Below, piece after piece: positions 37,030-50,945 of a stretch of 64,000 nt of DNA. The first letter of the stretch is position 1, and each line of letters begins with the position of its first letter. The notes beneath the pieces are model-generated. The model was given only the letters and a program-made list of their open reading frames with translations, was not told where the DNA came from and ran no database searches. The DNA is from Negaprion brevirostris (taxonomy: Eukaryota): assembly GCA_030324005.1 (NCBI GenBank), contig JARDVH010000193.1, positions 92,359,807-92,423,806 of the forward strand, written 5' to 3'. The translations under genes and the position numbers were made by a program.

Positions 37030-39020
37030 AGGCTACCATCAGATCCAGCAATGCCTTCTTCCTAGCTGGTTGGAGAGCATACTGGTCAAGAAAGTTCTCC
37101 AGAACACATTCAGAAATTCTCCTTATCCCTACTCTAATATCATGCCAGTCAATATTCAGATAGTTGAAAGATCCCCAATATCACCGCTATTGTGCATATC
37201 AGATTTCTCAGCAGTTTTGCTCCTTTATCTCTCTCTCTCTCTCACACTATCTGGAGGCCTATCACATGATTCCTTTATTGTTGTCAACTCTGGATTCCAT
37301 CCTACCTTTCTAATATTGCAATGACTTCCCTAATCAGTGCTCCATTCCATCATTTTTCCCTTCCGTATCTCTTTTGAGCACTTTGTACCCCCAGTATTTA
37401 AGTGCCCAGTCCTCACCACTTCAAGTCACAATTTTGGTATTGTCACTACCCCATATTCTCTCATGACAATTTGTGTTGCACGGTAGTTGACCAACCTTAC
37501 TCACTGCACTGTGTTTACATACATGCACTCTAAACCTGCACTTGAGTTTCGTGCATTGCTTCTTAGTCTGCTGCTATATATTTTTTTCCAATGCTATCAA
37601 AAATACCACACCTCTATACACCTTACCCATGTTTTGATCTCTCTATGCTGGTGCCCATTCCTCTGCCAGTTAAGTTGGAACCTTCACTAACTACAACAGT
37701 AAACCTCCCCATGACGTTGGTCCTAATTCTGTTGAGGTGCAACCTGTCTCTTTGAATTGGTACCTTCTACCCATTTCAATGCCCAAGCAATAGAAGCCCA
37801 TCCTTCTGCACCATGCCCAAAGTTATTCACTGATCCTCCTTATCTTCTTATGTCTGTTCTTTCAGCATGTGGCACTGGAAGTAATCCAGAAATTACTACC
37901 TTTGAAATCCTATTTTCAAACTTCCCTATCACCTGAAATTTGGGCTGTAGATTCTCAATGTTGCTTTTTGCATGTCATTGGTACTGATCTATGCCACAAC
38001 TCCTGGCTCGCCCTTTTCCCCTTTTTTTCATCCACTCCATGATATTCTTTGCCACATAGGTAACATCATTTTGAGGATTTAATGGAATTTGGAGAAATGC
38101 TTATCTAAGGTTCATCAAACCGTGGACTGCAATTCTATTCTATTCTATTCTTTTCCTTTCCATCCTGTGAGGTCCCTTACCCATTTGTGTTGAGGCCTGG
38201 ACCACGTTCTTTTACGCTATCGAAACAATGTCCGCAGCCAAATACTGATTTGAGAGTACCTCTTCACCACTAACTTTAATCCTTCCTGTGCTGTCTTTTC
38301 TTTGGGAAGACTGGAGCCAATTGCCTTTGGCCCTGTTGCAATGCCTGTACTTTTTCATTGCCTCCTTTCTGACCATGATCAATGGCTGATACAGAGTTTT
38401 GAAATCTCTATACCCTGCTTAACCCTGAGCTGACCTGCCAGCCTTGTAGTGTCTCCATTGTGAAGATCACCTGCTTGTATTTGGATAAGAGTTTATGCGT
38501 TCCTTTTAGATCCTGTTTATTAGAAATTTTGCGTTTTATTTTTGTTGTCGCTGATATTTTCTCTTAAGGTAAGAGTTTGCCATGTATTTTGTTTTCTGCT
38601 ATTTTACATTTAGCAATGTACTTTCTCTTAATTCCTTGTCAAATTTTTGAGAGCATATCATTTTGTTCTCTTCCTTTCAGAGATTGTGGTGTGGCATGTT
38701 CTCTTTTTGTGGCTTGCTTCTTCCAAGACTCATCAGATTTTATCTTTGTGTTTCCATTGTTCATGTATCGTCTGTTTTCCTTTCCCTTTTGACTTCAGTC
38801 AGAGTTTCTCACTTCCGTAAGGCACTCAACTTACTGCCTTCAGAAATAATGTCAAGCCTCTTGCCTTTTGACTATCCAAATCATGATTTCCAGTACCCTG
38901 GCATGCTACTCAATTTTATTCCTTCTCCAAACCTCCCACTTAGAACTCCTTTTATATAGAAACAATGTGATGCAATCAGAATGTGGTCTTCTCACCATGC
39001 TACTACTGAATCATAGTTCC
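37030..39020 (-). mobile_element. Old CR1 LINE fragments (ORF1/endonuclease region)
   Basis: Reverse complement of EFLNVFWRTFLTSM-like endonuclease region homologous to 26170-26260; downstream CR1 linker segments; heavily decayed. Confidence 0.65.
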
Positions 39021-39029
39021 AGCCATTTT

Positions 39030-39392
39030 TTGATTTTGGTTAATTATTGTCACATGTATTAGTATACAGTGAAATGTATTGTTTCTTGCACACTAATCAG
39101 ACAAAGCATACCGTTCATAGAGAAGGAAAAGAGAGAGAACAGAATATATTATTACAGTCATAGCTAGGATGTAGAGAAAGATCTATTTAATGCAAGGTAG
39201 GTCCATTCAAAAGTCTGATGGCAGCAGGAAAGAAGCTGTTCTTGAGTGGAACCTGCCCTTGACTTTTATATCTTTCCCAATCGAAGAAGATGGAAGAGAG
39301 AATGTCCTGGTTGCGTGGAGTCCTCAATTATGCTGACTGCTTTGCTGAGGCAGTGGGAAATGTAGACGGAGTCAATAGATGGGAGGCTGGTT
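39030..39392 (-). mobile_element. Rex1/Babar-like LINE 3' end
   Basis: TTATTGTCACATGTATTAGTATACAGTGAAA..GGCAGCAGGAAAGAAGCTGTTCTTGAGT. Confidence 0.6.
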
Positions 39393-39714
39393 GAATCCCT
39401 GAGCTGAAGCAGATATTTGGAATGAGCCACTTCAAGTTAAATAAATTTTAATGTGAGAAATGTCGATACTGTCAACCACCACTGCTGCAGGCTGAATTAA
39501 AGTCTGCCTAATTATTCACCTCTCTACTTTTTCTTGAGGTGCACATCTATTGTTGCTCTGAGAGATGGTGATAACAAGTGTTCCATAATCATGTGACTTG
39601 TTAATTCAATTTAAAGGATGTTAAGAATCAGCCATGTTGTGCGGAATTGGAGTCAAGCATAGATCCAGTCAGAGTGGTAGATTGTTTTCCCTGAAGGATG
39701 TTAGTGAGCTAAAG

Positions 39715-39860
39715 TCAAACTACTCCAGATGCTTGAAATTTGAAACTATGACCAGAAATAGCTAGAAATACTCGCCTGAAGCATTGAAAGACTGACCTTT
39801 ATTTCTCCATAGATGCTGCCTAATCTGATGAGTATTTCGAGCAATTTGTTGTATTGCTTG
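39715..39860. mobile_element. Degenerate Penelope pLTR hairpin
   Basis: CAGATGCTTGAAATTTGAAA..GCTAGAAATACTC inverted against CTCCATAGATGCTGCC..GAGTATTTCGAGCA. Confidence 0.55.
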
Positions 39861-41044
39861 ATTTTAATAATAATTTATCAATTTGCATAGTCATAGTTTG
39901 AACGTTAGAAACACAGATAATCACGTTTATTGAATCCAGGTGTGCAACTTGTGAACTCCCAACCCCTGGGTTGCCAGTCCAGTACTATGGCCGTTAAACT
40001 ATTGTGTGCATACGATCTACAAAGTAAGTCGCCGTAACATAAGAGTATGTTAATGTACTGAAGCTATTTTGAGGCAGTCCTGTGCTTTGGCAAGCTTTTG
40101 CTATGGATCTCAGTAGCATATTTCATTACCATGTTATTCCTGGTAACTATTTAATTAAACAGCTGTACCCTGACCTATGTGTTGCTAAATCCTAGGCATT
40201 CGGGACACAATTTCACACATTAATCCAGCTANNNNNNNNNNNNNNNNNNNNNNNNNNNNNNNNNNNNNNNNNNNNNNNNNNNNNNNNNNNNNNNNNNNNN
40301 NNNNNNNNNNNNNNNNNNNNNNNNNNNNNNNCAATTTCACACATTAATCCAGCTATTTAAGAAACATTTCACAACTTCAAACATTTTTAATTCCTTGCTT
40401 AAATAATTCTTAAAAGCAACAGATCATTGTGGGGGTTGGCATATCACTGTGGGAGTGCTGTGGTAGGGTTGCATTGCTTATCATATTTAAGTGTAACAAT
40501 ATTTTGGTAAGCTGAAGAGTGGATAAGCATATTGACCGTGGTGTTATCGCCAAGAATTTGACTAAGTCATATAATGCGCTGCTCAAGATACTTTCTCTCA
40601 GATTCTTAATGCATCTGAAATATTATTGCTGACCCTTTTAGTAAATCCTATTATCTAGGATCAGGTATTGCTGAAGTATTTCCTAAAATGAAATTGACAG
40701 AAATGTAGATACCATCCTCTGCCATGTTCAAAATTAGGATAATGAATTAACTTTTGGAGGTTTTACTGTTGATAGTCAATGAAAGTCTCAGTAGTCTGCT
40801 GAAAAACTCAGCAAGAACGTCTTGGATGTGATGCTGGTCCACTAGGAAGTCTGATCTTGACTGCGACACTGACAAAATAGCACAGATGGCCTCAACCTTC
40901 TAGGTTAGGAAGCAATAACATTTTTTAAAAATTCATTTTACAGGACCAGCATTTATTTCCTATCCCTAATTGCCTGCCACTTCAGAGGGCATTTGAGAGT
41001 CAACCACAATGCCTAACTATAAACTGGCTGAGTGCCAATTCTTC

Positions 41045-42110
41045 AAAAAAGAACTGCTTCAAAAACTCAGCAGAAAAGGCAGCACCTGGGGAGAAAAAGA
41101 AACATTTCAGGTATAACTATTAGTAACTGGAAGATATTACGGACTAACAGCTTAAAATGAGCAGGGGAAAGGAAGAGGGTGGTGAAGTGCAGTGAGGGAT
41201 ATGAGGAAAAGAGAGACCACGCACAGCAAAAAGTACTGGCCTTCAATGAGGTGAAGAGCAGATGATGGTTAAATGGCAGACTTGTTCAATGCTTAAGGCA
41301 AGATAAGTGAAATCAGAGAAATAAAAAATTTATATGCGATTCAATGTGTAAATTATTAAACCAGAAAGAAGGCGGCAGAGTGGTTAGCAGTGCTGCCTCA
41401 CCGAGTCAGGGGCCTGGGTTCAATTCTAGCCTTGAGTGACTGTCTGTCTGTACAGAGTTTGCTTCCTCTCCCATATCTGTGTGGGTTTCCTCGGGTACTC
41501 TGGTTTCCTCCCCCAGTGCAAAGATATACAGGTTAGGTTGATTGGCCATGGTAAATTGCCCCTTAGTGTCAGGGTGATTAGCAGGGTAAATATGTGAAGT
41601 CATTGGGGTAGGACCTGGGTGGGATTGTTGTTGGTGCAGTCACAATGGCAGAATGGCTTCCTTCTGGACTCTATGATTCTAATCTGTAATTTCAGCTAAG
41701 TGTAGGGGGAAGCACAGGTTCCAGTAGTCAGAAACCTGGTGGACAAAAAAGACTAGGTAACACCAAGGATATAAGTGCTTCTCTCCCCAACAACCCACAT
41801 CTTCCCCAGTCCAAATGCCGGTATACCCATTCTACAGATCCGTAGTTAAGGTCTGAAGTTAGGGTAGTCAATATTAAGAGAGGTCCAAACTAGTTATTGG
41901 AAAGATGAGGTGTTATTCATAAAGCTGGAGTCTAGCTTCATTGGAACAGTGTAGAAAGCGAAGGAGACACAGACCAAAGCAAGAGTGGCATAAAAAGTTA
42001 AAATAATAGTTATTGGCTTGGAGTTCAGGGCAGAACACAGTTGTTCAGGAAAGAAATCATTTAAACTAGATTTGATCTCCTTGGCATAGAGCCCATATCA
42101 TGATCAGTCA
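41045..42110 (-). mobile_element. Old Penelope-like element fragment interrupted by a SINE
   Basis: AAAAACTCAGCAG..GGCAGCACCTGGGGAGA terminus; GGAAAGATGAGGTGTTATTC..AGCTTCATTGGAACAGTGTAG similar to 22010-22070. Confidence 0.5.
41371..41680 (+). mobile_element. HE1-like SINE
   Basis: GAGTGGTTAGCAGTGCTGCCTCAC..GGGTTCAATTC..GGGTTTCCTCGGGTACTCTGGTTTCCTCCC..tail. Confidence 0.9.
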
Positions 42111-42142
42111 GAATAAAATGCATCAGATGCATGAAAGAAAGA

Positions 42143-42670
42143 AACAATAAACTTGTCTTTATGTAACATGCCTTTAATGTAACAAATTGTCTCAAAACGG
42201 TTATAAGAGTGAATAGAGCCAAATTTGCTGCTGTGCTACATAAGGAGTATTAATGCAGATGACCAAACTACATAAATAAGGTAGGTTTTAAGGAACACCT
42301 TGAGGAAAGAGAGGCAGAAAGATTTGGAGAAGTGTCAGAGGGATTGGTGGGTAAATATGTGGGGTTATGGGGAAAGGGCCTGGGGTGGGATTGTAGTCGG
42401 TACAGGCTCAATGGGCCAAATGGCCGCCTCCTGCACTGTTGGGATTCTGTGAACCCCTGAGCTAAAAACCATGTGGCAGATGGATTCAAAACAGAAATGC
42501 ACAAGAAATCCATGTAGAAATGTTGCAGGTGGTAAGAGATTTCAAGAAGGGAGGAATGAGCCAATGGCAATTCAAAGCGGATGAGAATATTAAAATTGAG
42601 GTGTTAATTAACCTGCAGCCACAGCAGATTAACAAGTTCAGGGGTCATGAGTGAGCAGATTTTATTTTCA
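42143..42670 (-). mobile_element. L2-type LINE 3' end with a SINE fragment nested at 42330-42451
   Basis: AACAATAAACTTGTCTTTATGTAACATGCCTTTAATGT..GATGACCAAA..GTAGGTTTTAAGGA. Confidence 0.55.
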
Positions 42671-43564
42671 GGTAAAAGTAAGTTTAATACTTTGCATTAT
42701 TAATTTATGATTTTGGCCAATTGAACATTTCTCTATTGAACTACAATAGTTAAACTTCAAGTCTCCTTCCGTATCTTCCTAATGTAAATTTCCATTCATG
42801 ATGCTCACTAGGCATCTTGGCTCTGCTCATCTTGTTTCAAAATACTTGCTTTCGCACCTAACCCCTTTTTGATGTTTTTAAACCTTACAGTCTAATTGTC
42901 TTCAGTTCAGTTAAATTAATCACACTGATGCACACAAGCCTGTTTCACAGTATATAAAAGAGATATTGGAGACACATTAAAAACATTTTCATCATGGGGT
43001 GTTTTCCCTCTTCCAGGTAACCTTGAGGTGAGGGAAATAATGATGCCTCATTTTTTGTCAGATTTTAATAGCATATTCCCTTGAATAAAAGGAGAAAGCA
43101 AGTGCAGAGAATTTTAGTAAAGTTTATAATTTAAAGCACTATCAAAAGCTTTCTGTCAACACAATAGCCTTGAAACTTTGTGATTGTTAATGTGAGCTGA
43201 CTGTGACCATTCTATTCCCTTTGTGTCTTTAGTGCTTTCAAATGTGTTCCTTGAATTCAGTGAGGCATTTACAGTTTTTTATTCAGTGCTACTCAATCCA
43301 TGAAGTACTTGTAAGAACAGCTGGAGGGTTTTACTGCTGACCTTCACTTGCAGCTTTCAATAGTGTTTGTTCAGTGGTGCATAAACTAGTTGTGTCAAAT
43401 TTCAATGGGACACAATTCCTGCTCTATGTATGTACACTAAGCACAAATGATTTAAACTAACATGACATCTGGACTAATCATGGAAGCACTTAAAATTGCA
43501 ATTTTTGCAGTGCAATTTATATAAACAATAACATTAAATCAAAAGCATATCGCAGTATCAGGAG

Positions 43565-43905
43565 AGAATTTGCATTGAAGGCACCTCTCATATACTTAAA
43601 CCATCCCAAATTGCTTTTCAATTTTAATCATCACTGTAGGCACATGTGGCAGCCCATTTGTACTGAGCGATATCTTCTAAAGAGCAGTGAACTAAATTAC
43701 CAAAATATCTACTCTGGTGTTTAAGGGATAACTCTTGCCCAGGATACCAGGAGAATAACTCTTCCTTTTGGAATAAAGCTGAAGGGTATTTTACATTCCA
43801 CTGAATGAGTAGTTAAAGCTTTGTTTAGCATATTATCCAAAAGACTACACCGCTGGCAATGAAATGTTCTGTTGGTACCACGCAGAAGTATCAGCCTCGA
43901 TTAAG
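43565..43905 (-). mobile_element. Old Deu-domain SINE (SacSINE1-like)
   Basis: GGCAGCCCATTTGTAC..AGGGATAACTCTTGCCCAGGATACCAGGAGAA..TTTTACATTCCACTGA..ATCCAAAAGAC..TCAGCCTCGATT. Confidence 0.65.
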
Positions 43906-44914
43906 TATTCNNNNNNNNNNNNNNNNNNNNNNNNNNNNNNNNNTTCTGGCAAGTGTGTTATTACTAAATCAAAGCTAATACTTGAAAATTCAAAATTGAA
44001 AATTACTCCCACATACATACTGTCCCCAATGCAGCTCTCCAAAAACCAGAGTTATCTGAAAACTGGGTAGTTTTATAAGCTGCCATGATGAATTTAAATT
44101 GTTATTCAGTGAATCAAATAATTTACTGGGATAATTCAGCTATGTGCTGTATTGATGTGGTGACCTGCCAGACTAGTTATCAGCTTCACGCATTCTTCTT
44201 TTCCTGTGCTCTAAGTGATCTGAGCAATTGTTGAACCCATTGGAATGTATTTGGCCAATCTGCTTTTACAAATGTTATTTCTTCATTATCATCTATTATT
44301 GACAAAAACAAACTTGATTTCTTGTGCTCCTATTAATTGAACTAAGGTTCCAATTTTTCCTCCCATAAACCAGGAAGATGCAACACCGATTTGTCCCAGT
44401 GTTGCTAGATTTGTGACACTACTATAATTGCTTCGGTCTTGGTTTTACAGAAATAAATTTCTCATTTGATTTGAAGAAATATATATTTAACTGCTTGTAG
44501 GTATTTTGACATTGTGATAGTGAATATTGTTAGCAAATTTTGTCCAAATGGTGGATAAATCATTCTCTAAAATAAACACTAGCTGTTAGAACATCAGTCT
44601 GATCATTTTGTGCTCTACAAGTGCATTTANNNNNNNNNNNNNNNNNNNNNNNNNNNNNNNNNNNNNNNNNNNNNNNNNNNNNNNNNNNNNNNNNNNNNNN
44701 NNNNNNNNNNNNNNNNNNNNNNNNNNNNNCTCTACAAGTGCATTTATATTTTATTTTCCTGTTTTAATTTGTTGTGGTTTAGAAATAATGGTCATCTGGA
44801 AGTAGCCACATTTCATCAGTAGTTCTGTTGCTTCACTATAAAGATGCAAATAACACGCCGCTGAAATTTTTTTTTTCTCAAAATTTTTGTGGTAGATATG
44901 ACAGTGAAGACTTG

Positions 44915-45255
44915 AATCAAATGCAGCTTGTTCATTCAAGAGTCCACTTCCCATCTCAGTTGCTTAATCTCACCCATTGCCCTGGATCCACCCAGCTCCA
45001 TTGTCACTGCCTCTCTGGTTCCCAATGTAAAATTCTTATCCTTGTTTACCATTACTTATATGAGTACCTTCAGTATACGGTGTGCACTTTTCCCTAGACC
45101 GAGACCAGTACTCTAATTACTCTATTTAAAACAAAAATCCTGTCCAGACTTTTCTTTTCAGATGTTTGGTCAGCTCCTGCTGAATCCTGTCTGCCTTGTG
45201 AATAGCGACTTGAAATATTATACTACATTAGAAATGCTATTCCAAATCTAGTTAT
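44915..45255 (+). mobile_element. Old L2-type LINE 3' fragment
   Basis: TCACCCATTGCCC..AAAATTCTTATCCTTGTTT..TTTGGTCAGCTCC..ACTACATTAGAAATGCTAT. Confidence 0.45.
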
Positions 45256-46764
45256 TAACAATGGTTTGCATTTTGCGGTTTAGTAATTGGGGATAAAAAT
45301 GCAGTTTTCTGTAATAAGAGGAAAGTAAACTGTTGTGTGAATGTGAGATAGACAGGATATTTTAATGGTTAGTTTGCAAATCAGGTTCATAAACTTCCGC
45401 TGGAAGAAAGCTCACATGCAAATATTAAATTGAGTCAGCCTATCATGTGGATTTGAAGCTCTTTTTTAAGTATCTGTGATGGTGCAGTTTTGTTCGTTGG
45501 GATATTCTTTACAGTTCCCCATTGTTAATACCCTTATNNNNNNNNNNATCCAAATTCTACTTCTGTAAAATGCCATATCTTCTAGTCTGGCTATGAAATG
45601 ACAACATTAATAGTTTGCTTATAGGACAATATGGACTTTATCCTACAAGACTGCCTACTGGATATCAAGAGAGAAAGTTGACCAGAGGAAATAAAGATCT
45701 CAAGGTCAAAAGCAACAATTACTGAGTAGTATTGCATGTACTGATTTTAAATTTCAGGAAGCAGGCATATCGCCTATAAAAACACAGGCAAATAGAATAT
45801 ACTTTCTGGAGTTTTGCTGTTTTGATAGCTGAAGACTTCTCGAGCTTAATTTCATAGTGCAGGCCAGATACTTCTGAGGGAATAAAATTAAATTTCAACA
45901 AAAGCACAGAAGTGGAAGTAAAGCTTGCGTCTTAGGCTCACTAAGAATTATTTAATCAAATTTCTGCTTAAAGATCTGGAAAGGGTCAGAGTCCATATGT
46001 ATATTATCTGGTTATGTTTTCACCAATTTCTGTATCATTAACAATTATTTCATTTTCGTACTCAATTAAATAGCTCATTTACACATGAAAACCAAAACAC
46101 ATGAAACCAATTAGAAATGATTCACAAAGGAACAAATCTTATTAAATCTTTAGAATTATTTTTTAGTTGAGTTTGGAGTTTAACGATTTTAAAAAGTGAA
46201 AAATGATTGTAATACAGTACTGGAATTCAAGACAAAAGAAATGTAACAACCTATAATTAAGTGGTGAGAGCATACATGACCAGGTTGTAAGTGAGACCTG
46301 ACAGGTCAATTATATTTAGTTCTTCTGTTATTAACACTAATTTGCCACTTAACACTTGTTATCATCAAGCAATAACATTTATTATCACATGATAGGTTGT
46401 TGGTAATGACAGGCAGCTTAACTGAACTGTATAACTGCTATCGATCTATCATTTTTTTCTTAACTTGCAACCTAATCATATATGTTCTTCATAATTTAAT
46501 TTTTTTTACATGATTTTGAACCTCAATGTATAATGCACAACAGTCTTTTTCATTTATTATCACTGAACCTTAAATTCACAAATGAGAATAAAACAAACCA
46601 TAAAATAGCTTTGAGCGGTTAATGGATCTTTCCTTGTTGTGACTGATATGGATTATTGCTAATTGTTTCATAATGTTAATCAGTTTAATGTATTTGGTTG
46701 AATTGATAAGACTGTTCCTTTGTTTCTGATTTTGTCTGACTGCTAGTCTGTTGTCCAATATTGG

Positions 46765-47030
46765 ATTAGCAGAAATTTCCTCCAATTAAATATCGAGAAG
46801 AAACCATTGTTTTCTGTTATCGCTGCAAGCTCTGGTCTCGAGCTAACAACTCCATCGTTTCTTAGCAGGAGTCTAAGTCCAAATCAGTTGGCTAACAGTC
46901 TTATCATCATATTTAACCCTGAGATGAGCTGCTGACTTCACTTACTCCATCCCTAAAACTGTCTATTTCAACCTCTCTTGACATTACTCAATTTCATTGC
47001 TGTCTCATCTGCTTCTGACTGTGTCTGAGA
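46765..47030 (+). mobile_element. Old L2 RT fragment
   Basis: CTCCAATTAAATATCGAGAAG (LQLNIEK)..ATATTTAACCCTGAGATGAGC..TATTTCAACCTC. Confidence 0.5.
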
Positions 47031-47336
47031 AGTTTTTAATGGATTGGGTGCTTGAACAGCACAGTGACATCCCTGCAGCTTGGTGCTAGAAATGCTCAAT
47101 AAATAACACTGACAAGAAGGGATGAAAGTCCTCATCACAGAGATCACATGAACTGAGCACAGAATTCTTTAAGGCCAATGAAGAATACACTGACCTACAT
47201 CTAGGCCATGAGCTATTTATTCTGTGGCCATGTGTTATCTGACTTGCTGCCTATCTTGATTTATGTTTACATTTTTTACCAATATAAATATGTGGTATGA
47301 CATATTTAAGTAACTGTGCTGTTAAATTATAGCCCG

Positions 47337-48499
47337 TGTTATGACCACCGCAGATGTTAGTTGCTGAGTCAACCAAATCCCAGAGGAAAATTTAGCTCAC
47401 AGACCATAACCCACCTTCTTGTCTTCTGAAAATTAGAAGATACCTACTGAACTCAACAGCATAGAATTCCAGTACTACCACTGGTATTTAAAATATTTAA
47501 AATTTGTTAACTAGAAAAGAAACAATCTGCACACATGATTGCAGTCACATAGTTAAAATAGTCTTCGAAAATATTCCCTAAAAACCCTACTTGGGTAGAT
47601 CCACAAATAAACACCTACCAGGCAACACTCGCACGATGTTTTAATTATAAAATTCCAGTAAAATTACCCAAGGCAAAACTGTTGTCATCACTGTATTAAA
47701 AGTATACCACACAAACTCTCAAAATCTTTCCCAGTCTGCTGTGTAAATCCAAGTAACCTCAGAAACAAGGCTGCTTTCTGAAATCCAAGACAATTCTGGT
47801 TTGACTGGATGACATTCAAACTTTGTACCTTTTCCCAGCACAAAGCTGGTTCTAGGAGGTCTTCCTCATGCAGTGAACACCATTCAGCTCAACATCTTTC
47901 CTTAAATATACTTTTTCTCTTTCATCTTTGATTCTATTGTCCTCAGCATCACTATGAACTCAGAGTCATAAGTTTATAACATGGAAACAGGTCCTTCAGC
48001 CCAATTTGTCCATGCCACCCTTTTTTTTTAAACCACTAAGCTAGTCCCAATTGTGTGTATTTTGTCCATATCCCTCTATACCCATCCTACCCATGTAACT
48101 GTCTCAGTACTTTTTAAAAGAAATTTGGCTTTCCTGAAATATAAGGTTCGCTCATGTTTTTCCTGTTGTCTCTTTAAGGGTCAAATAACATTTAATGGCC
48201 TTCCTGTGTTTACTTCTGCAACCTTTGCAAACTGTAAAAGCCTTTTAACTTCCCTTGAAATTTAACAGCTGAGAAAAACCAAGTCCCCCTCTATCTTCTC
48301 ATACAAATTTCTAAACTTATAAATCCATTTGACCCTTGCTTCGTTACAAATGCATGCATTTAGCGCCTCTACTCCTTTCATTTTCCCTGACAAGTTGTTT
48401 CCATTAACCTTTCCCCAACTTAATTACATAATTTACAGACACACAACCTGTTTTACAAAATAACCCCAGGAACATTAAAAAATAATATCCATCCTTACA
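47337..48499. mobile_element. Possible solo LTR with a CR1/HER1 tail nested at 47960-48120
   Basis: TGTTATGACC start, CTTACA end; TSD poor (CCCG / TCTG). Confidence 0.4.
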
Positions 48500-48689
48500 T
48501 CTGTTATAACTAGTTCATAAGCTTGTGTCAAAACCTGACAGAAGAGTTAACAGCTGACCATTTGTCTTGGGGCATAGTATCACAATAGATGACTTTGAAG
48601 GAGCATGAATTAGTTGGGTGTTGCAAGTTCCTCAAGTGGAAGAAATATTTGTTCTGTTCATCTCATTAATATCAAGACAAAAGCAATAA

Positions 48690-49555
48690 ATTAGAATCAA
48701 TGTAATGTGCATTGAGACAGGATTAATCAATAACCTCATTCTAGAGGAGCACCTCCAGATAACCGATCATAACCTGATTGAATTTCACATTCAGTTTGAA
48801 GGTGAGAAATGTGGATCTAAGACTAGTGTTCTAAACCAAAATAAAGATAATTATAAGGGTATGAAAACAGAGTTGGCTAAAATGGGCGGTGAACTTGATT
48901 AAAAAGTAAGACAGGAGAATGCAGCAGCAGACTTAAGGGGCAGTGTCCTAGGGCCACCCATCTTCAGCTTCTTCATCAATGACCTTCTTGCCATCATAAG
49001 GTCAAAAGAGGGGATGTTGGCTGATGATTATACTGTTGAGCACTGTACATGNNNNNNNNNNCTCTTCAAATACTGAAGTAGTGTATGCCCAGATGCAGGA
49101 AGAGCTGGACAGTGAGAGAATCTAACCATCTTCTCTTGACATTCAATAGCACCAGCATCACTGACTTCCCCATCTCTATATCCTGGGGGTTATCATTGGT
49201 CAGAAACCAAATGATCTAGCCATATAAATACAGTGGCTATAAGAGCAAATCAGAGGCTGGGAATTTTGCGATGAATAATTCACGATCTAACTCTGCAAAG
49301 CCTATCCATCACCTACCAAGCATAGGCACGAGTGATGGAATACTCTTCACTTCTGTGGACAAGTATAGCTCCACCTAAACTCAAGAAGCTTGCCATCATT
49401 CAGGACAAAACAGCTGAAACCTCCCATTCAAGGTAAATCTTCACTGAACTTCTCCCAACACACTTGTATCTTTCCTTAAATAAGAAAACCAATATTATAC
49501 ACAGTACTTGAGATATGATATTTTTATATTCTATGTAACCTCTCTATTTTTGCAA
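48690..49555. mobile_element. Cluster of LINE fragments (CR1 endonuclease +, second-family RT +, CR1 -)
   Basis: TDHNLIEFHIQFE; GGGCAGTGTCCTAGGGCCACCCATCTTCAGCTTCTTCATCAATGACCTT (GSVLGP..FINDL) and GCTGATGAT. Confidence 0.75.
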
Positions 49556-50165
49556 TCAGTTCTGCTCCCCGATCCTACTCATTCACCCAGCCCCTCAGAC
49601 TCTTCCTACCTCCCCATCTCAGCACTCTGCCCCCCTCACCTTTCGTGGCCCTCACTCTCTCCACCAACCTCATTGCAGAAGTCCCCGTTTCCCCCTCTCA
49701 TTCTAGTCTCTCTCCCCTTTTGCTCCAATTGCCTACTCGCCAATCCACTCCAATCCCAATCCTCTTCCCTTCCCCATTTGCTGTCCTCCTCACTTAGCTC
49801 CTGTCTCCCACCGATCCCACTTCCCCCTCATTTCTCATTCCCTTTCCTTCCTCATTATGGCCTTCTCCTCCATTCCTTTCCATTCCACTTTTCTCCCACT
49901 CACCTCTCCACCCTCTTATCCCTCTCTCTCCCCTTTCCTTTACGCCTCCCATTTTGTACTCTTCCTTTCAACCCATCCCTCCCCTGCTGTCTCTGCTTCC
50001 AACTATCCCTGACACTCGCCTCCTCTACCCCTCTATCACACCTAGCTGTCCCTCCCTCTCTCTCACTTCCCCGTCCCCCTCTCCTCAATCCTTATTTCCT
50101 CACTCACTTTCCATGCACTTCTCCTCTCACTACTTATCTCTTCCATTTGCCATTCTCCTTTATAG
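49556..50165. repeat. ~600-bp C/T-rich low-complexity tract
   Basis: Strong pyrimidine bias on the + strand with no fixed period. Confidence 0.85.
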
Positions 50166-50365
50166 TGTCTGCATGACTTTCCTCCAGGTGCTCCGCTTTC
50201 CCCTCTCACTCCAAAGATGTGCAGGTTAGGCTGATTGACCATGCTAAATTGACCCTTGGTGTCAACGTGATTAGCAGGGTTATGGCTTGGGTGAGATTGT
50301 TTGTCAGTGAAGCCTGGATAGATCAAATGACCTCCTGCACTGTATGGATTTTATTATTCTATCTA
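50165..50365 (+). mobile_element. 5'-truncated HE1-like SINE
   Basis: TTTCCTCCAGGTGCTCC..TCCAAAGATGTGCAGGTTAGG..tail. Confidence 0.8.
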
Positions 50366-50945
50366 TGTAGCTCATTGAGGTTCAATCTTAAACCTGTACA
50401 TAAGTTGGGGAAGTAACCAGTATGAAAATTCATTTAAGTTCTGATTTAGTGGCTTTCCTTCAGTTTTTTCGCTACAGTCTGCTTCTTAAGTATTGCTTAA
50501 TTACTGTGCAATTTACATAATTATTAATGTCATGAGCTTTTCAATGACACAAATTCTCAAACACTCGCCTGTGAAGTAAGGTGCATTCTAAATCATAGTT
50601 ATTGCAACCATTTTAACAGATGGTGCTGTACCCATTAGGCTGGCTGACATAATTAAAAAATGGGTTGTATTTTAAAACGAAATGAAACTTCATTACTGTG
50701 GAAGTTTGTTGATTTACCCATAGTCATATTTCATAAAGGTATGACTATTGAACAGAATTAAGTTAAAGTCTAAAACAAAGTTCAATGATTATCAACGTAT
50801 AATGTAATCAAACATTCAGATGATTTATATGTTGAACACACAGCAGATATGGAGGTGTAATTAATTTGTATTTGAGAATTTATGTAAAGGTTGTAAGTTT
50901 CCTTTTTAGCTCCTTGCCAATCTTTTATGCTGAATACTTTATATC

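Noticed and set aside
49508-50176. 222-aa ORF
   Set aside because: Produced by a stop-poor C/T-rich tract; the Pro/Ser/Leu sequence is low-complexity with no domain.
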